This document shows positions 10,059 through 18,402 of a DNA stretch of 64,000 nucleotides, piece by piece (position 1 is the first letter of the stretch; every line of letters starts with the position of its first letter). This DNA comes from an uncultured Hyphomicrobiales bacterium. GTDB taxonomy: Bacteria; Bacteroidota; Ignavibacteria; Kapaibacteriales; UBA2268. The DNA lies in assembly GCA_964650885.1 (NCBI GenBank), contig CAZYXG010000002.1, forward strand, positions 86,409-150,408, given 5' to 3'. The notes below the pieces were generated by a model. That model had not been told where the DNA came from. It ran no database searches and saw nothing but the letters and a program-made list of their open reading frames with translations. Both the position numbers and the translations under genes were made by a program.

Positions 10059-11192
10059 ATGAAAAAATTTGTATTATCTATCTTCGTTGTACTTACTTTG
10101 TTTATGAGTGCAAATGCTCAGAATAATTTAATAGTTGGTGCTGGTGGAGGGTTGGTTTATGGCGTAAACGAATCTCCAAAAAGAGATTTGAATGGTGCTA
10201 TTAGATTCAATGCTGTGCTTACAAATGCTTTTGGTTCATTTTTATCGCCAGAACTAGGAGTAAACTTTTTAAGCTTAAGCTCTAAAGAATCAAGTGTTTT
10301 TAAAACTTCAATTGCAAATATTGATTTGGGATTGCGTTGGTATTTTATAGAGTTAGGTGATTTTAAACCATATATTTACGGTGGTATTGGTGTTGGTTCA
10401 TTCAATAGCAAATATAACTATTGGCATTCTGAATTCATTACAAAAGATGGTGCAGACTTAGATAAGGCAAATGGTACTGCTTATGGCAATCCAAATGAAA
10501 CAGTTTTGCGTGGCGAAAACTATAACGAAATGAGAACTGACATTTTGAGCAAAGCTGGTGGAAGAGATGCATTCTATGTTAATGGCGATAGAACTTCATT
10601 GGATGGTGCATCTAAAGGTACTGTACTTTTAATTCCTATTGGTGGTGGGGTTACTTATCAAGTTTCAAGAGATTTTAATGTAAATCTTGCTATTTATAAT
10701 TATTTCACAAATAGCGATGAAATTAATCCTTATGCAGACGGTGTTAAAGATGCTTTTTGGTCTGGATTACTAACAATAAACTATAACTTTGGGAATATCT
10801 TCGGCGATAACAACGATGAAGAAGATACTCCATTTCCAAATTTCATAATGGGAACAAGTTTGAATTTGGAAACAGTTACTTTTGAAACTGGTAGCAGCAA
10901 ATTAGATAAAGAATCTAATAAAATCTTGCGAAGAGCTTTTGTTACTATGAACGATAACCAAACTATTGAAGTTAAAATCGAAGGTCATACCGATGATGTT
11001 GGAGATTCACAAATGAATATGAATTTATCGATTGAAAGAGCTGAAGTTGTAAAAAAATGGCTTGTTGATAAAGGAATTTCGCCAAGTAGAATATCTGCAA
11101 GTGGTTCTGGTTCAACTAAACCATTACTTTCAAATGATTCTCCTGTTAATAGAGCTAAAAATAGAAGAATTGACTTTATTAGAACTAAATAA
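10059..11192 (+). CDS. OmpA family outer membrane protein (beta-barrel plus OmpA-like domain)
   Basis: Signal peptide, beta-barrel-like N-terminal half, C-terminal GHTDDVG...NRRIDFI. Confidence 0.8.
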   Translation: MKKFVLSIFVVLTLFMSANAQNNLIVGAGGGLVYGVNESPKRDLNGAIRFNAVLTNAFGSFLSPELGVNFLSLSSKESSVFKTSIANIDLGLRWYFIELGDFKPYIYGGIGVGSFNSKYNYWHSEFITKDGADLDKANGTAYGNPNETVLRGENYNEMRTDILSKAGGRDAFYVNGDRTSLDGASKGTVLLIPIGGGVTYQVSRDFNVNLAIYNYFTNSDEINPYADGVKDAFWSGLLTINYNFGNIFGDNNDEEDTPFPNFIMGTSLNLETVTFETGSSKLDKESNKILRRAFVTMNDNQTIEVKIEGHTDDVGDSQMNMNLSIERAEVVKKWLVDKGISPSRISASGSGSTKPLLSNDSPVNRAKNRRIDFIRTK

Positions 11193-11221
11193 TTCACTAT
11201 TTAGTTTTCAAAATTTAATTG

Positions 11222-11255
11222 ACCCATTTGACTTTATAGACAAATGGGTTTTTTA
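11222..11255 (+). terminator. Intrinsic terminator
   Basis: ACCCATTTG / CAAATGGGT stem followed by TTTTTT. Confidence 0.7.
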
Positions 11256-11311
11256 TTGAGGTAAGAAATAGATATTTTTACATTCAAAAATCAATCTAAT
11301 TATGAATTTGT

Positions 11312-11947
11312 ATGAAACTTGGTATATTTCCGCTTAATCTTGTTTTGTTTCCCCAATCTCTTTATCCTCTTCATATTTTTGAAGAGCGTTATAAGGAATT
11401 GATTAAAGAATGTATAGATAATGAATTAGAATTTGGAGTTAATCTTGTTTCAAATTCTAAATTCTTTGAAATTGGCTGCACTGCCAAAGTTGTAGATGTT
11501 TTCAAAAAGTACGACGATGGAAAATTAGATATAACAATCGAAGGTGTTAGGAAATATAAACTTATTAGTTTTTCCGAAGAAGAAAGAAGTTTCTATACAG
11601 GCGAAATTGAATTGATTGATGAAGATGAAAGCACAGTGCTTGATTATCAGTTGTTTATGGATTGTGTGGAATTTTACAACAAAATTGTTGAAAGAATACA
11701 AGGTTTTCATTTAGAAAAAATTAAAATTGGCGGGCTACATACTAAACTTCCATCATATTTTATAGCTCAGAAAGCTGGTCTGACTCCCGAGCAGAAACAA
11801 AACTTGTTAGAAATCAATAATGAAAATAAAAGATTGGAGTTTATGCTCAAGCATTTGAAACGAATAGCACCTGTTGTGGAGCAAGCCGAAGTAACAAATA
11901 GAATTATACGATTAGATGGTTATATCAAACCAAATTTTAAAGAATAA
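11312..11947 (+). CDS. LON N-terminal (substrate-binding) domain protein
   Basis: FPLNLVLFPQSLYPLHIFEERYKELI matches the Lon N-domain start. No AAA+ or protease domain. Confidence 0.65.
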   Translation: MKLGIFPLNLVLFPQSLYPLHIFEERYKELIKECIDNELEFGVNLVSNSKFFEIGCTAKVVDVFKKYDDGKLDITIEGVRKYKLISFSEEERSFYTGEIELIDEDESTVLDYQLFMDCVEFYNKIVERIQGFHLEKIKIGGLHTKLPSYFIAQKAGLTPEQKQNLLEINNENKRLEFMLKHLKRIAPVVEQAEVTNRIIRLDGYIKPNFKE

Positions 11948-11952
11948 ATCCA

Positions 11953-12777
11953 ATGTCTAATTTATTTAAACAAATAAAATTTCCTAAAGTATTAGGTATA
12001 CTAAATGTAACACCTGATTCATTTTCCGATGGTGGTAGATTTTCATCTGTTAATAAATCTATTGAACACGCTATTGAAATGCTTGAAGATGGAGCCGATA
12101 TAATTGATATAGGTGGCGAAAGCACAAGACCAGGTGCGGAAAGTGTAAGTTCAAAAGAAGAATTGAAAAGAGTTATTCCAGTGATTGAAGGAATAATGAA
12201 ACTAAAGCCAAACGCAATCATATCAATAGACACAACCAAATACGAAGTGGCTAAATCGGCACTAGAAGCAGGGGCTAAATATATTAACGATATTAGCGGT
12301 TTGACATTTGAAGAAAGATTTATTGATTTGGCTGTGCAATTCAATGCAGGACTATTCCTTATGCACATTAAGGGTGAGCCACGAACTATGCAGCAGAACC
12401 CACAATATAATGATGTATTTAGAGAAGTGTTTGGTTTTTTAAAAACTCAAGCACTAAAAGCTAAAAAAGGCGGTGTCAAAGAAGTTATTATAGACCCAGG
12501 TATTGGTTTTGGTAAAAATCTTGAACACAACTTGACATTAATTGCTCACTCTGGGCAATTGAAAGAAACTGGTTTTCCAGTTCTGCTTGGTTTGTCAAGA
12601 AAATCATTCCTAAAAAGCTTACTTGGAATAGAAAATCCAGAAGAAAGAGATTTGCCCACAAACATAATTCATACAATGCTATTGCAATCGAATATTGATT
12701 ATATTCGAGTCCATAATGTGAAAAATATTACTCAAACCAAAAATATTTTAGTTGCTTTTAAAAAATTAACCAACTAA
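11953..12777 (+). CDS. folP: Dihydropteroate synthase
   Basis: GILNVTPDSFSDGG, DIGGESTRPG, GFGK motifs. Confidence 0.9.
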   Translation: MSNLFKQIKFPKVLGILNVTPDSFSDGGRFSSVNKSIEHAIEMLEDGADIIDIGGESTRPGAESVSSKEELKRVIPVIEGIMKLKPNAIISIDTTKYEVAKSALEAGAKYINDISGLTFEERFIDLAVQFNAGLFLMHIKGEPRTMQQNPQYNDVFREVFGFLKTQALKAKKGGVKEVIIDPGIGFGKNLEHNLTLIAHSGQLKETGFPVLLGLSRKSFLKSLLGIENPEERDLPTNIIHTMLLQSNIDYIRVHNVKNITQTKNILVAFKKLTN

Positions 12778-12925
12778 TTTTTTTTCCACTTTTTTTCCAC
12801 AATTATTGATTTTTGCGTGACCTTTTCCCTCCTCAAGTGTTTATCTAGGGAATAACAATTTATAAAAAAGTTTTTTAAAGATTATTCAAACTAAAAATTC
12901 ATATAATGATTTAGAACTTCTGGAA

Positions 12926-13474
12926 ATGCTAAAAGGTAGCCATAGCCAGAAAGAGCAAGCATTCGCAGATATTTATGCAAAATATTCTACGAGGATTTAT
13001 GCTTATTGCTTAAAAGTTTTGGGCGATGGCGATGATGCTAATGATATTTTTCAAGAAGTTTTTGTAAGGTTTTATAGCGGGGCTAAGGAAGGAAAATTTA
13101 TTGGGAATATTTTCCCTTTACTTTTATCCACTGCAAGAAACCTTTGCTTGAATTTTCAAAGAGATTTGAAAAAATACACTCATTATACTGAATTTGAACA
13201 TGGACAATCATCAGTTCCTGATTATGAAGGAAAAGAATTAGGTGAATTAATAGCAAAAGCTGTTGATTTGCTTGATTTTGAATATAGGGATTTGATAGTG
13301 CTAAGGCAATATCAAGGTTTAACCTATGAAGAAATTGCCAAAATGACAAACCAAACTGAAAATGGTGTCAAAACTAAATACTGGCGAGCAAAAGAAAAAC
13401 TTAAAAAAATCCTAACTCCATTTTTGGAAGGGAATTACAACACAGAAAGTAAAATAATTAAAAGTAAAAAATAA
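12926..13474 (+). CDS. ECF-type RNA polymerase sigma-70 factor
   Basis: Region 2 (FQEVFVRF) and region 4 HTH (LRQYQGLTYEEIAKMTNQTENGVKTKYWRAKEKL). Confidence 0.8.
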   Translation: MLKGSHSQKEQAFADIYAKYSTRIYAYCLKVLGDGDDANDIFQEVFVRFYSGAKEGKFIGNIFPLLLSTARNLCLNFQRDLKKYTHYTEFEHGQSSVPDYEGKELGELIAKAVDLLDFEYRDLIVLRQYQGLTYEEIAKMTNQTENGVKTKYWRAKEKLKKILTPFLEGNYNTESKIIKSKK

Positions 13475-14826
13475 TGACTGACTACTCAAAATTAATTCAT
13501 GATTATCTCGATACTGGGCTGAACCATCAAGGAGAAATGCAACTCTTTAATGGGCTGACTGATTCCGAAGAAATGAGACGTGAATTTTACAACGAAATCA
13601 AAATGATGAAAGCAGTTGCTTCCGAATCGAAAGTGATTGCACCACCAATTATGATTACAAACCAAATATTCAATACGCTTGGTTTTGCCATTCCTACTGC
13701 TGCAATTGTTGGGACAGCTAGCAGAGTTAATGAATCTGTTTGGTCCACTATGGCAATTGCATTTACGACTTTTTTCAAAGATTATTTCCCTGCAATTATA
13801 TCCTTTGTAGTTGGGACTAGTTTGGCTGTAGCGGTAATGTTAGGATTAAATAATAATTCTAATGCAAATTTGAAAGAAAGTGTTAAACCTGCAATAGCAA
13901 ATCAAAATCAGCAAAATCAAGTTTCACAACCAATTCAAAACAATAACAATCAGCAATCAAGTTTGGCAATTGTTAGCAATTTTGATAATAAGAAGCAAAC
14001 TGATAAGAAAGCTAGTGGCAAAAAAGAAAGAAAAATGAAAATCATTCCTATTTCTTCATCGAGCGAAACTGAAAGAAATGAATTCAAAAAAGAATTAGTT
14101 CGTACTATTATTACAAACGACAGAGCTACCTTAATTTCTGAACTGCAAAAGCTAAGCGATGAAGAAAAAACAAAAGTAATTGAAACTTTGACTAATGAAA
14201 AAAGCTCATTTTTGGCAGAATTGCAAAAGCAAGAAGCTGAAAAAGAAGTAGCTCAGGCAGTAATTACAAATGCGAATATGATGACAAATCAAGTTGTTAT
14301 GGCTAATAATAATAATTTACCTATTCAAATTCCTTTGAATCCAATCAGTCCTGCACATCAAGAAAATAGTTCAATGCTGCTTAGATATACTGGTATGACA
14401 AATATGACTGGTGCTAATTTAGTTTCTAGTTTGAGCAATATTTCTATTGGCTGGATGAATAGAATAACTGATTATTATTCTTTTGGTGGTGATATTGGGA
14501 ATGAAAATTTCAGTTTAGCTTCATCGGACGCTGCTGTTGGATTTGAGAAAAAAGATGTACTTTATTTTGATATTTCTAACAGATTCAACACCCAAAATTA
14601 TTTTTCATTGTTTAATAACTCTCTTTACTTAATAAGCGATATTAAAGTTGGGGGAGCTACAGTTGGCTTTTTAGCTAAAGCACAGATAGGAGTTGAATTC
14701 ACACCAGAAAGTAGAACCTCGATGTTCCTTGGCTATGAAAACGGCTTTCTTTATTATACAAATAGCAGAAATTGGAATTCATTAAACAAGAATTCAATAA
14801 TTTTTGGCTTAAGCTATCATTTCTAA
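13474..14826 (+). CDS. Putative anti-sigma factor: single TM segment, N/Q-rich linker, coiled coil, beta-rich C-terminal domain
   Basis: Start overlaps the sigma stop (TAATG). N-terminal LIHDYLDTGL resembles the anti-sigma YLDGEL helix. TM segment around AIISFVVGTSLAVAVMLGL. Confidence 0.5.
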   Translation: MTDYSKLIHDYLDTGLNHQGEMQLFNGLTDSEEMRREFYNEIKMMKAVASESKVIAPPIMITNQIFNTLGFAIPTAAIVGTASRVNESVWSTMAIAFTTFFKDYFPAIISFVVGTSLAVAVMLGLNNNSNANLKESVKPAIANQNQQNQVSQPIQNNNNQQSSLAIVSNFDNKKQTDKKASGKKERKMKIIPISSSSETERNEFKKELVRTIITNDRATLISELQKLSDEEKTKVIETLTNEKSSFLAELQKQEAEKEVAQAVITNANMMTNQVVMANNNNLPIQIPLNPISPAHQENSSMLLRYTGMTNMTGANLVSSLSNISIGWMNRITDYYSFGGDIGNENFSLASSDAAVGFEKKDVLYFDISNRFNTQNYFSLFNNSLYLISDIKVGGATVGFLAKAQIGVEFTPESRTSMFLGYENGFLYYTNSRNWNSLNKNSIIFGLSYHF

Positions 14827-14856
14827 TTAAAACACACCAGTTTATTTAGATTTACA

Positions 14857-14897
14857 AAGTGCCTTTTCTTCATAGCGATAAAAAGGCACTTTTTATT
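14857..14897. terminator. Hairpin terminator between convergent genes
   Basis: AAGTGCCTTTT (14857-14867) / AAAAGGCACTT (14881-14891), then a T-run. Confidence 0.65.
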
Positions 14898-15729
14898 TAT
14901 TTGCAATAAATAAAACAGCGGGGTAAGTAGCAACCCATATAAACAAGAATCTATTCAATCCCAATAAATAAGCATTTGCCAAATGGAAAAGGAAACCAAT
15001 TGTAAGAAAAATGATTGCAAAATTCGGACTTAAAAAAGCCAAAGGAAAGCTCAATTCCCAAATAATTGTGATTATAGATAAAATCCTTAAAATTAAAGGA
15101 CTATCAACAATAACTTCAGAAATTGAATTCTGTTTATAAATAGTATTCCCCAGAAATGCTTTAAGAGCTTTGCCATTTCGCCAATCTTTATTTTTCACTT
15201 TCACTAAGCCAGCTAAAAAATATGAACTTGCAACTTGAAAACACAAATAATAAATAGCTGCATATTGGAATTTAGGATGAATAGATAAACTCGATATAAA
15301 TAAAGATATTAACACAATCAAGGTCATATAATCGCTACCGCCATTGAAAGTACCTCGCCAACGTATTGAAATCAAAAGTGAAATGACAATAAGTACACCA
15401 AAAATCAATGAACTAGAAAAGTTAATTAACAGTAATCCAAGCAACAAACGCAACCAAATTAAATAAATAAACTTATCATAAGAAAGTAGTTTCTCTATAA
15501 ATGTTTGAATTGATTTTGGGAATATCTCAAAATCTGTTTTTAGAATAAAACTTTGCCAAATTCCAAAGTCATTAAAAGTTTTACGAATCAATAGAAATTC
15601 AATTGATTGCAATGTCATAGCTATCGCTAGTAAGTACTTAATAAGAAGAATAGTTGATTCTAAATTAAGCGACATATAAATCTCTGGAATGTACTTTTGA
15701 AACCATAATGTCTTCTTCTTCAATCCCAT
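14893..15729 (-). CDS. Polytopic membrane protein, HTTM/SdpB-like
   Basis: About 7 predicted TM helices. RWRGTFNGGSDYMTLIVL resembles the HTTM-family core. The true start may be the internal Met at about 15675. Confidence 0.45.
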   Translation of the reverse strand: MGLKKKTLWFQKYIPEIYMSLNLESTILLIKYLLAIAMTLQSIEFLLIRKTFNDFGIWQSFILKTDFEIFPKSIQTFIEKLLSYDKFIYLIWLRLLLGLLLINFSSSLIFGVLIVISLLISIRWRGTFNGGSDYMTLIVLISLFISSLSIHPKFQYAAIYYLCFQVASSYFLAGLVKVKNKDWRNGKALKAFLGNTIYKQNSISEVIVDSPLILRILSIITIIWELSFPLAFLSPNFAIIFLTIGFLFHLANAYLLGLNRFLFIWVATYPAVLFIANK

Positions 15730-16111
15730 TCATTATTGCTATTTTGAATTGATAATAACAAAAGTCTTTATCAAATTTATCTGCATAGAATTTAACTAGA
15801 TTTTGTAAGTTTTTATAAGAAGTCAGCTCAACCAAAACAATTGAATTATTACTACTTTGGCTTTCGTATAAATCGCTATAGAAATGCTGTAAGGTGGATT
15901 CGCAAGCTAAAGCAATATTTCCATCGGGATTAAGAACAATTTGCATAAAATTACGATTCAGTTTCGGAGGGCATAACTGCCATTCTATTTGTGATATATC
16001 TTCATTCTCGCAAGCAAATCTATATTTGAGATAATACAAATAGCTACTCTCATCGAAGAATTTCCAAGATGGGAAGAAAAGTCTGAATAGAAATATAAAT
16101 TTTGAAAACAT
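15665..16111 (-). CDS. Hypothetical protein, overlapping upstream partner of the HTTM-like gene
   Basis: 148-aa ORF, same strand, 3' end overlaps the next gene. No motif recognised. Confidence 0.35.
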   Translation of the reverse strand: MFSKFIFLFRLFFPSWKFFDESSYLYYLKYRFACENEDISQIEWQLCPPKLNRNFMQIVLNPDGNIALACESTLQHFYSDLYESQSSNNSIVLVELTSYKNLQNLVKFYADKFDKDFCYYQFKIAIMNGIEEEDIMVSKVHSRDLYVA

Positions 16112-16160
16112 ACTTTCTTAAATACTCTTTGTTTACATTTTACAAAATAAGAAATGATTT

Positions 16161-16197
16161 AAAACAAAAAGACTCAATCGTTACGGATTGAGTCTTT
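16161..16197 (-). terminator. Intrinsic terminator of gcvH
   Basis: 12-bp stem AAAGACTCAATC / GATTGAGTCTTT, followed on the - strand by TTTTTGTTTT. Confidence 0.75.
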
Positions 16198-16224
16198 TCT
16201 TAAAATAACTTTTTCAAAGTAAAT

Positions 16225-16605
16225 TTATTGACCTACACTAGCTTTATAGGCATCAACATTCATTAATGCATCAATTTCACTTGGGTTAGATAATTCCATT
16301 TTAACCATCCAGCCATCGCCATAAGGATCTTTATTAACTACATCTGGGTTGTCGTTCAAAGCATTATTGATTTCAACAATTTTACCAGAAATTGGTGCAA
16401 ACATATCAGCTACTGTTTTCACAGCTTCAATAGTTCCAATTACATCACCTTGGTTCACATCGCCTAAGTTTCCATTAATTTCCACATAAACAACGTCTCC
16501 AAGTTCACCTTGTGCGTGGTCTGTAACGCCAATTATTCCAATATTACCTTCAACACGAACCCATTCGTGGTCGCTTGTGTATTTCAATTCCGATGGAAAA
16601 TTCAT
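16225..16605 (-). CDS. gcvH: Glycine cleavage system H protein
   Basis: Lipoyl-lysine motif EAVKTVADMFAPISG. 126 aa. Confidence 0.9.
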   Translation of the reverse strand: MNFPSELKYTSDHEWVRVEGNIGIIGVTDHAQGELGDVVYVEINGNLGDVNQGDVIGTIEAVKTVADMFAPISGKIVEINNALNDNPDVVNKDPYGDGWMVKMELSNPSEIDALMNVDAYKASVGQ

Positions 16606-16711
16606 TTTTTCTCCGAAAACTTTTTAAATTTTGTTAATATATAAAACTCAATTTATTGAATTTAGCATTAAATCCAATAGGGAGTAGAGAAAAATCATAA
16701 AATAAATTTCT

Positions 16712-17485
16712 TTATTTTCTCGCCTCTACAATTTTCATTATCTTATTCAAGAAACTTTCTGCTTTTGCAAGCTCCATTTGAGTAGCTGCATCGCTTTTTG
16801 CGTCTTTGGGATTGGGGTGAGTTTCAAAGAAAAGCCCATCAATTCCAACAGCGGCTGCTGCACTTGCTAAAGCATTGATAAATTGAGGTTGTCCGCCTGA
16901 TTCTGCTCCAATAGATGGTTGCTGCACTGAGTGAGTAGCATCGTAGACAACTGGATAGCCAAACTCCCTCATAATAACCAAGCTTCGGAAATCAACTACC
17001 AAATTGTTATATCCAAAGAATGTGCCTCTTTCAGTGAGCCAAATATTCTTGTTTCCTGTGGAAGCTACTTTTTCTGCTGCTTTTTGCATATCCTGAGGAG
17101 CCATAAATTGTGCTTTTTTTATGTTCACTATTTTTCCTGTTTCACCAGCGGCATAAAGCAAATCGCTTTGGCGAGCAAGAAATGCAGGAATTTGCAAAAC
17201 ATCAACATATTTAGCTGCGAGTTTTGCTTCTTCTACACTATGAATATCTGTAAGAACCTCTAAATTAAACTTGGTTTTGATTTGCTTAAGATAGTCCAAT
17301 GCAATTTCATCGCCCAACCCACTAAAAGATTTTGCTGAAGTGCGATTTGCTTTTCTATATGAAGCTTTGAAATAATACTTCACATTTGCATTTTTACAAA
17401 CAGGAATCATAGTTTCTGCAACTGTTTCAAGCATTTCATAGTTTTCCACAACACAAGGGCCAGCAATTACAAAAAAGTCTTTCAA
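16712..17485 (-). CDS. kdsA: 3-deoxy-8-phosphooctulonate synthase
   Basis: Overall KdsA sequence (AGPCVVE..., KASYRKANRTS, DATHSVQ). Confidence 0.9.
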   Translation of the reverse strand: MKDFFVIAGPCVVENYEMLETVAETMIPVCKNANVKYYFKASYRKANRTSAKSFSGLGDEIALDYLKQIKTKFNLEVLTDIHSVEEAKLAAKYVDVLQIPAFLARQSDLLYAAGETGKIVNIKKAQFMAPQDMQKAAEKVASTGNKNIWLTERGTFFGYNNLVVDFRSLVIMREFGYPVVYDATHSVQQPSIGAESGGQPQFINALASAAAAVGIDGLFFETHPNPKDAKSDAATQMELAKAESFLNKIMKIVEARK

Positions 17486-17538
17486 TTCATTTTCCGAAAA
17501 AATAATTACAATAATTTCACAAACTTAAGTAATTCAAT

Positions 17539-18366
17539 TTGTATTTTATAAGACTTATCATTATTTTTGATAAAATGATTTTAGAAACTATTCTTACAGC
17601 CGAAAGAGCAGCATCAATTTCGGCTAAAAAACAGGAATACACAATTGTATTTTCGTTGGATGTTTTTAGAGCAAGCACTAGTATAGTGCGGGCTTTTGCC
17701 AATGGTTTACATTCAGCATATACATTTGTGGACTTTGAAGAAATACTAAATTTAAAGCAAATTTCAAGTTTTGACTCTGCAAAAACAGATTTTGAGCGAT
17801 TTTTCTATGAAAATTCCGACAAAATTAAATTTGGAGGAGAAAGAGCTGGAATAAAAGTACAAGGATTCCATTTTGGCAATTCTCCTTTGGAATATACCAA
17901 AGAGAATATAGCTGAAAAGATACTTTTTTTTAGTTCAACTAATGGAACAAAAGCTTTTAAAAGTTTTCCAGAAAGTCAGAATAGATTTATAGTTGCATTT
18001 GGTAACACAAAAGCAAATATTGATTTGGCTGTAGATTTAACTAAAAAGCAAAAAATTGAAAAAATAGTAATTGTTTGTGCTGGCAATGAAGGTAAAGTTA
18101 GCGAAGAAGATACTTACTTTGCAGGGTATTTGGCAACTGAGCTAATGAAAAAAATTGATTTAGAACCAGATTATAACACAGGAATTGCTAGATTTACTTT
18201 TAAAAACTATAATTCAATTGAACAAGAATTCTTGTTTGAATCAGCTCACGGCAGTAAGCTCATAAGTATAGGATTTGAAAAGGATTTAACTTTTGCATTA
18301 GAAAAAAATTACACAGATTTAATCTTGAAAATAACTGATAATAAAATTTCAGTTTACGAAACATAA
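17539..18366 (+). CDS. comB: 2-phosphosulfolactate phosphatase family protein (ComB-like)
   Basis: LDVFRASTSIV motif typical of the ComB family. The likely real start is the Met at 17575. Confidence 0.65.
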   Translation: MYFIRLIIIFDKMILETILTAERAASISAKKQEYTIVFSLDVFRASTSIVRAFANGLHSAYTFVDFEEILNLKQISSFDSAKTDFERFFYENSDKIKFGGERAGIKVQGFHFGNSPLEYTKENIAEKILFFSSTNGTKAFKSFPESQNRFIVAFGNTKANIDLAVDLTKKQKIEKIVIVCAGNEGKVSEEDTYFAGYLATELMKKIDLEPDYNTGIARFTFKNYNSIEQEFLFESAHGSKLISIGFEKDLTFALEKNYTDLILKITDNKISVYET

Positions 18367-18402
18367 AGAAGAAGAAAAACCAATAATTCCGGGGGGAAGC
18401 AA

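Noticed and set aside
11937-12368. Long antisense ORFs nested inside well-supported genes. Examples are 11937-12368 (opposite folP), 2241-2591 and 3591-3881 (opposite glnN), 25365-25766 (opposite cdaA/miaA), 32327-32707, 41961-42287 (opposite ribE), 44702-45085, 48474-48926, 48963-49283, 51664-51993, 61563-61929 (opposite atpA) and 63173-63376 (opposite atpE).
   Set aside because: Each lies fully within a gene that has strong motif evidence on the other strand. Their translations are low-complexity (S/I/L/F-rich) with no recognisable motif. They look like shadow frames of codon-biased genes.
12780-12800. Direct repeat TTTTTCCAC x2 upstream of the ECF sigma gene as a possible ECF promoter or operator.
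   Set aside because: It is very short, T-rich and about 130 nt from the start codon. It cannot be told apart from chance in AT-rich DNA without a TSS.
15665-15729. The 65-nt overlap of the 148-aa ORF and the HTTM-like ORF as evidence of a frameshifted pseudogene.
   Set aside because: The two proteins look unrelated (soluble vs polytopic). An internal Met at about 15675 reduces the overlap to about 11 nt, which is typical translational coupling.
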